Source: a virus
Virus record (IMG/VR): IMGVR_UViG_3300020183_000007
Location: 1-64,000 of that record
DNA: 64,000 bases
Strand: one strand, 5' to 3'
Both the position numbers and the translations under genes were made by a program. The notes under the pieces are model-generated. The model did not search any database. It saw only the letters and a list, made by a program, of their open reading frames with translations, and had not been told where the DNA came from. Positions 59,078 to 64,000 of the stretch are shown here, one piece after another; within the stretch, counting starts at the first letter, position 1, and every line of letters starts with the position of its first letter.

Positions 59078-59740
59078 TCAGGGTCTGATGATTGTTGTGT
59101 TCAATCCCTCAGGTGGTATTCCTGCCAAGTTAGTTGGATCAACAAGAGTGTCATTTCTAATTGTGTACATGGGACCAAGTTCACGGGCAACATATGTCAT
59201 TGTTTCTTCGATAACAATGTCATCCATTGAGGCGCCAGAACCCTCGTTGAGAAGCTCTACACCGAAGATCGATCTAACGGCAGCCTGGCCATACTCATTG
59301 GCAAATGTTACAGTAATGTCAAAGGGTGGAATTTGGTCAGCGTAGAAAGGAACCTTTCTAACTACTCCAGTCTTCTGCTCGTTTACTTCAGCGATGCCTC
59401 TTCTATGGCCATTATCGCCAGGAAGGGTATTGTGACTTCTGGTATAGAAGTCCATAGGTCTGTTTTGCGAGTAGTTCTGATCTAACATCTTGTATAGAGC
59501 TGGGCGATCAAAGACTGTAAAAATTAATGAACCAGCGATACCTCTTTTGCCTCTCGAAAAAGAGCGTGGGTTAGGTGATCCCATGGTGTAGATTGGGGCC
59601 TTTTCTCTGGTGACCGAGAAAGTAATGCCGGAAAGGGCACCTATTTCTACTCCACCAAATGTAGCTACAATGTCTGCACCTGAGAATGTGGTATAAGTAT
59701 TAAGATACTTGTTAACTGATGTATATTCCTCTGCTGCCAT
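59078..59740 (-). CDS. Major tail tube protein
   Basis: TFSGADIVATF, ITFSVTREKAPIYTMGS, GKRGIAGSLIFTVF, PPFDITVTFANEYG, EETMTYVAR; follows the sheath gene; strong GGAGG RBS. Confidence 0.85.
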   Translation of the reverse strand: MAAEEYTSVNKYLNTYTTFSGADIVATFGGVEIGALSGITFSVTREKAPIYTMGSPNPRSFSRGKRGIAGSLIFTVFDRPALYKMLDQNYSQNRPMDFYTRSHNTLPGDNGHRRGIAEVNEQKTGVVRKVPFYADQIPPFDITVTFANEYGQAAVRSIFGVELLNEGSGASMDDIVIEETMTYVARELGPMYTIRNDTLVDPTNLAGIPPEGLNTTIIRP

Positions 59741-59768
59741 TTTGTTTTACCCTCCTAATCGGTAATTG

Positions 59769-61031
59769 TTATAGATTAATGGCTACTCTGACTTCGATCT
59801 CCTTGAGCTCGAAGGCAGGTGTTAAAATGAGGTCTACAATCGCCTTGTTTTCGTTTGGTATGTATGATACTGTAAAGTCGCTACCAAGCAAGGCTCCTAC
59901 GATTTGCATACCTCTCAAGCCAGAAGTGATAGCTGTTTCCATCGCATTTCTTGTTTGAATGTTTGATGGTTCGCCAACAAATCTCTGGCAAGCTTGTCTT
60001 ACAATAGATGTTGCGTCGTCTATAATTCTCTTTGTTGAAAGACGAGTATAGTCTGATGTTGCCCAAGCAAATGTTAAGCCTTCTCCGAATACTGGAATCT
60101 TATTAAAGTTTATAATAACAGTATTTACGCCCTTGCCTCCAAGAGTGCTCTGCTGAGTTCTTGAGGGGGCATAACGAACAGCCTCTACGTTGAAAAGAGC
60201 TTTATTTACTAGTGAACTAAATGAAGGAAGTAAACTTAGAGCGCCAGCTACATGGGCTGCACCGTTAGAGTAACCAAACTCTGTTGTACCAGACTGGTAA
60301 TTTACAGGCTTAATCTCTGCTGCGACTACAACAACATATGGTCCAGTTTCCTTGAAAAGCGCGCTAGCGTTTCTGTTAGGTAGGTCTGTCAAAGCTAAGT
60401 GCGCAGAAACCTGACCGGGTGTCATAACCTCTGTTGTGCTGTAGTATGGCTTTATGCCCATAATTGCAATGCAAGGATTAATATTTTCTGAGATATCCTT
60501 AACTTTTGCGGCGACCTGGTAAGCCCAGTTGCTTAGAACTGTTGAGGTATTGTCTGCAACGAAGCCGTATGATGCATCATCGCTGGGTGTAGCTGGGTTT
60601 TGCCAGTCGTTTGGATGAGCCCCTCTACCCCAAGGAATAATCATGTCTGGGATAGCAGCTTCGGCAGCAGTAAATGCTGCATCGAAAACTGATCCACCAT
60701 AAGAAGAACTTGTTACAGTTCCTGTGGCTGCAGGGCTAGTGGGGTCGGTATCCCATTTGGTGTCAGAAGGAAGTGGAACAATAAAAATTCTTCCAGCTCC
60801 AGCTAAAACAAGCTCCAAATAAGCTCGGTGAGCGTCTGAGCCGTCACCAAATGCGGTGATAGCATCTGCCTCATTGGTAACTCTGACGACGTCAAGATCT
60901 GCTACTGAACCAGTATTATTTGCTGTGCTACGACGTGCTATTGCAACTATTCTAGGACCAACAGGTGTATCCTGACGTGATACACTGTAGAAGCGATCTC
61001 TAATTAATGTTTTTACTCCAGGTATAGCCAT
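59769..61031 (-). CDS. Tail sheath protein
   Basis: MAIPGVKTLIRD N-terminus; C-terminal RLSTKRIIDDATSIVRQACQRFVGEP...VDLILTPAFELKEIEVRV. Confidence 0.88.
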   Translation of the reverse strand: MAIPGVKTLIRDRFYSVSRQDTPVGPRIVAIARRSTANNTGSVADLDVVRVTNEADAITAFGDGSDAHRAYLELVLAGAGRIFIVPLPSDTKWDTDPTSPAATGTVTSSSYGGSVFDAAFTAAEAAIPDMIIPWGRGAHPNDWQNPATPSDDASYGFVADNTSTVLSNWAYQVAAKVKDISENINPCIAIMGIKPYYSTTEVMTPGQVSAHLALTDLPNRNASALFKETGPYVVVVAAEIKPVNYQSGTTEFGYSNGAAHVAGALSLLPSFSSLVNKALFNVEAVRYAPSRTQQSTLGGKGVNTVIINFNKIPVFGEGLTFAWATSDYTRLSTKRIIDDATSIVRQACQRFVGEPSNIQTRNAMETAITSGLRGMQIVGALLGSDFTVSYIPNENKAIVDLILTPAFELKEIEVRVAINL

Positions 61032-61074
61032 ATTAGTTTCAATCCTCCAAATAATAAACTTTTTTGAATCTTCA

Positions 61075-61086
61075 ATTATAGTAACA
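61075..61086 (-). promoter_or_regulatory. Candidate late promoter GTGTTACTATAAT upstream of the sheath gene
   Basis: Intergenic; TTACTATAA core shared with 7953..7962. Confidence 0.45.
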
Positions 61087-61143
61087 CATAACTTATAAAA
61101 ACAACTACAAAGTTACCTTCAGAGCGTTTTTATATATACCATT

Positions 61144-62007
61144 TCACGTGTTTGGAGTTGCCGTCTGGAACAGATCTATTATATTACCACTTGTACCTCG
61201 ATAATTGGGCGTTGCTAGCTGATTCACTAACAGCTCCTTCTCGTAGGCCATCCAAGTTCTTGCATCAACAACAATTTTTTCGATTCTTCTATTGGACATC
61301 GCAAATGTTTTTTCTGTTGTCAACATATAGGTCACAGTTCTTTTATGAACGTCTTTAGCATCTCTGTTAATTTCAGAGTCAGATAAACGCCTAGAGTAAA
61401 CTAATTCAGAAGCGCCTGCAGCTTTAAAAATAGATGTATATTCTAACATAAAATTCTCAAATGCCTCAATTACCTGATCACATAAAACCGCTGCATCAAG
61501 GTCATCTCTGGTAGTTAAGCCATTGGCGCCTTGGAAAGTGCCAACTTTAGACATAACGGTAAAACCAATAATGTTTTGAAAACGCTGGCCATAAATGGTC
61601 ACAGTGTTAGATAATACATTTTGCCTCATTCTTGGTTTGGGTTCAGTTGTATGTGCTTTTCTTAACTCTAAATGATATCCTATGATTGCGGGGAATTCAT
61701 CAAGACCAACATAGGTCGAAGATGGAGCGGAAGATAGATCCCCAGAGGTGACATCTGTCCCGCCATTATCTTTATAGGTCACATAAGTTTCTCTATTTAC
61801 ACTCGATGGAAGTATGGGTATTGCTGGATAGCTTTCTTCCCATATTTTCTTAACTAAACCAATAAATTCTAAATAACTTAAATTACCAGAATAAATTTCC
61901 TCAATACCATGTTCATCTAGTCTTCTGTACCCAGGTGCCTGCAACTGAGGATATGCATATCTAAGGTTTTCGGAAAAACTAGGAAAATCTCTATTAATAT
62001 ATCCCAT
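61144..62007 (-). CDS. Probable neck / tail completion (terminator) protein
   Basis: Position upstream of the sheath; tube-terminator-like alternation of helices and strands. Confidence 0.55.
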   Translation of the reverse strand: MGYINRDFPSFSENLRYAYPQLQAPGYRRLDEHGIEEIYSGNLSYLEFIGLVKKIWEESYPAIPILPSSVNRETYVTYKDNGGTDVTSGDLSSAPSSTYVGLDEFPAIIGYHLELRKAHTTEPKPRMRQNVLSNTVTIYGQRFQNIIGFTVMSKVGTFQGANGLTTRDDLDAAVLCDQVIEAFENFMLEYTSIFKAAGASELVYSRRLSDSEINRDAKDVHKRTVTYMLTTEKTFAMSNRRIEKIVVDARTWMAYEKELLVNQLATPNYRGTSGNIIDLFQTATPNT

Positions 62008-62008
62008 T

Positions 62009-63604
62009 TTAAGCTCCTGGACCAGCTGCTAAAGAAAAGTTAATTTTCTTAAGAGCAAAATATGATATTAATTCTATATCAAAAATTAATTTACCTTTTG
62101 TTGAATCAGAGAACTTTGCATTAAAAGAATAGTCTAAAATAGCTTTATTAGTCTTTAGAAATTGCAAATATTTCTTTGACTCATCAATAATATTATCAAA
62201 TGCCAATAAATCATGACCAGCTGCTGCAATACCTTTTATTTCGCTAACAACTGCTGCAACTAATCTCATTTGGAATAGTTTACTAAAAACAGAATCTTGA
62301 TTTGCCATAGTATATTCATTAGTTGCATAAGTTTCAAAAGGAATAGCTCTTCTAGTTTTTCTTCCCCTGTAAACTGTATTTATCCCTAGAGTTTCCAATC
62401 TTTCATATTCCAAATAAGTTAGATCTGAACCAAATAGCGATAATGCGCCAGGTATTCTAGTTCTGATTAATGCTTTTGCCTGTTGATTTGCCGCAACCAT
62501 CCCAGCGTAAGCTGCAGCTGCAGCTGACGTGTAGCTAATTTTAAGTTGTGGATGTTGAAAAACCAATTCGCCATAAATAGGTATCACATACCTACCTTTA
62601 TCCGATGATATTTGTCCGTCCAAATAGGTGGTAAATTTATTGGTAAATAATGAATTAGCTTCTAAGATATCTATATCAGATGGCTTTATTCCATCTGATC
62701 TTGAACCAATAATCCCCATCTGAACAAATCCCGTAGAATTATGAAAAGACGAACAATAGTTTGCCAGTTGAGTAATAAAATCAACTCCACCAGTATTCAT
62801 AATACTAGTCTCCAATGGTACAACTATATCAACAAAATCTAAATCGATTATATCCTCATATGTTTGAGTCAATCTATCATAGTATCTTTCATAAAAAGTA
62901 CTCTGAGTGCCTGGTGTAGCATCATTGATGGCAAAAACTGTGGTTGATAAATTTTTTTGAGCGTAACCCTCTACATATTCTGACATTGGCGCAACAGCAC
63001 AAATCATAATATCCCTAGCGCCACAGGAATAGGCATCTAGCACTCCCCTCAAAAGGGGACTATTGGTATTTGCACCTATTAAATCTACTGCATGTTGAAT
63101 GGAATTAATTCTAATTGGGTAGTTTAATTGCATTCCATCAGCGTGACCGAGAAGTAGTATAGTGCTTGTATTTCTTTTGTCCAATTGCTGATAAGTTGGC
63201 TTGTAGTTTATGACAGAAGATTTTGGTGAGGCAATAGTCACTGATGAAACTTCATTTGTGGAGTTTTTTACTTGAAAAGTTGCTGTTGCATTTATATTTT
63301 GAACAGTGCTACTTGTTCTAGCTATAATAGTATAAACGTATTCATATAAGTTTTGTGGAACCTTATAGGTAAACGTGTACTCACCAACTGCAGATCTAAC
63401 TATAGAATTATTATTTTGATTTGCATTGTCTAGCAATAATGAGAAGGGTCCATCGATTACTGGCCCAGAGCCAGTATCTCCCCTGAGAACATAAACAACA
63501 ACATCTACCGGAGTAGACAAATTGCCAGGATCATAAATAGATCCATCATAATCAGTAAAAACAAATTTAAATTCTGCTGTCTGTCCTTTTGATAAAACTA
63601 TCAT
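62009..63604 (-). CDS. Second sheath-like protein with an N-terminal Ig/BppU-like domain
   Basis: LLRGVLDAYSCGARDI, GINTV, KLFQMRLVAAVVSEIK, FDIELISYFALKKINFSL parallel the sheath motifs. Confidence 0.7.
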   Translation of the reverse strand: MIVLSKGQTAEFKFVFTDYDGSIYDPGNLSTPVDVVVYVLRGDTGSGPVIDGPFSLLLDNANQNNNSIVRSAVGEYTFTYKVPQNLYEYVYTIIARTSSTVQNINATATFQVKNSTNEVSSVTIASPKSSVINYKPTYQQLDKRNTSTILLLGHADGMQLNYPIRINSIQHAVDLIGANTNSPLLRGVLDAYSCGARDIMICAVAPMSEYVEGYAQKNLSTTVFAINDATPGTQSTFYERYYDRLTQTYEDIIDLDFVDIVVPLETSIMNTGGVDFITQLANYCSSFHNSTGFVQMGIIGSRSDGIKPSDIDILEANSLFTNKFTTYLDGQISSDKGRYVIPIYGELVFQHPQLKISYTSAAAAAYAGMVAANQQAKALIRTRIPGALSLFGSDLTYLEYERLETLGINTVYRGRKTRRAIPFETYATNEYTMANQDSVFSKLFQMRLVAAVVSEIKGIAAAGHDLLAFDNIIDESKKYLQFLKTNKAILDYSFNAKFSDSTKGKLIFDIELISYFALKKINFSLAAGPGA

Positions 63605-63605
63605 C

Positions 63606-63977
63606 TTATTTCTCTCTTGTAGCGCCTACAATCCAATAGCTTACCTTACCCATACGCCCTCTTACCGCAGTAACAGCATCTATTGTAAACATGGTATATT
63701 TTTTGTTTACTTTCAAAGAAAAATTTTCGTATATTCTGTCACCCTCTTTGGGGCTAATATTATCTTCGAAATAATATACGGCATCGTATTTTGTGAATAG
63801 CCCATCTTGGGCTTCTGAGGCTGAAAGAGAATTGGTTACACCTGATTGACCTACCTGCCTAGTCGTGACTCTTTCAAATTTATTAGAATGATTTCCATTT
63901 AATAATATTCTTTGAATATAGATATCATGACCCCATTCTCGAAGAACTTTTTTAAAACTCCTTTTTACATCAATCAT
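63606..63977 (-). CDS. Probable head closure / head-tail joining protein
   Basis: FKKVLREWGHDIYIQR...YYFEDNISPKEGDRIYE...YTMFTIDAV (gp16-like size and pattern). Confidence 0.65.
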   Translation of the reverse strand: MIDVKRSFKKVLREWGHDIYIQRILLNGNHSNKFERVTTRQVGQSGVTNSLSASEAQDGLFTKYDAVYYFEDNISPKEGDRIYENFSLKVNKKYTMFTIDAVTAVRGRMGKVSYWIVGATREK

Positions 63978-64000
63978 ACTTCTTGAGGCCCCTTCTTGGC

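Noticed and set aside
2185-61358. Numerous short plus-strand ORFs in the track (e.g. 2957..3223, 17447..17764, 32103..32477, 59028..59345)
   Set aside because: They are antisense shadows of long minus-strand genes with no recognisable motifs; the whole window is minus-strand coded.
27662-63977. eCIS/PVC-like tailocin instead of a phage
   Set aside because: A head-closure-like gene, tape measure, holin, RNR, ThyX and dense single-strand gene packing indicate a phage genome.
1-64000. tRNA/rRNA genes and alternative genetic code
   Set aside because: No cloverleaf or rRNA-like stretch was seen in the few short intergenic gaps; code 11 gives uninterrupted multi-kb ORFs.
63970-64000. 3' end of the upstream gene
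   Set aside because: Only about 30 nt are visible and two frames end in stops here; cannot be assigned.

Overview
This is a 64 kb piece of a large, AT-rich (roughly one-third GC by eye) contractile-tailed phage genome. Essentially all genes are on the minus strand. An r1t-type holin, a peptidoglycan-binding tail protein, ThyX and a class II RNR suggest a Gram-positive, probably actinobacterial, host (inference). In transcription order (64000 to 1): head-closure/neck genes; two sheath paralogues; three tube paralogues; two chaperone paralogues; a 2231-aa tape-measure-like protein; a 1691-aa protein; a 148-aa basic protein; a 3718-aa fused baseplate hub; a two-domain tail lysin; spike, wedge and baseplate J; eight large fibre/baseplate proteins; holin; then NrdJ, ThyX, a GT2 glycosyltransferase, a C5 methyltransferase and an SNase-like nuclease. 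Main findings: (1) The 1691-aa protein carries, in near-canonical order and spacing, the motifs of single-chain two-barrel (YonO/QDE-1-like) RNA polymerases, but with a non-canonical DLDD catalytic loop and an RQP motif placed after it. It is a candidate virion-delivered RNA polymerase. (2) The giant hub ends in a staphylococcal-nuclease domain with its catalytic residues intact, like an evolved VgrG. (3) An Ala-Thr-Pro motif occurs 15 times in one structural protein and 22 times in total, but never in the putatively ejected proteins; it may be a modification or docking site. (4) A promoter and hairpin define a possible ~58-nt RNA. All protein-family calls come from motif recognition by eye; no database searches were run.
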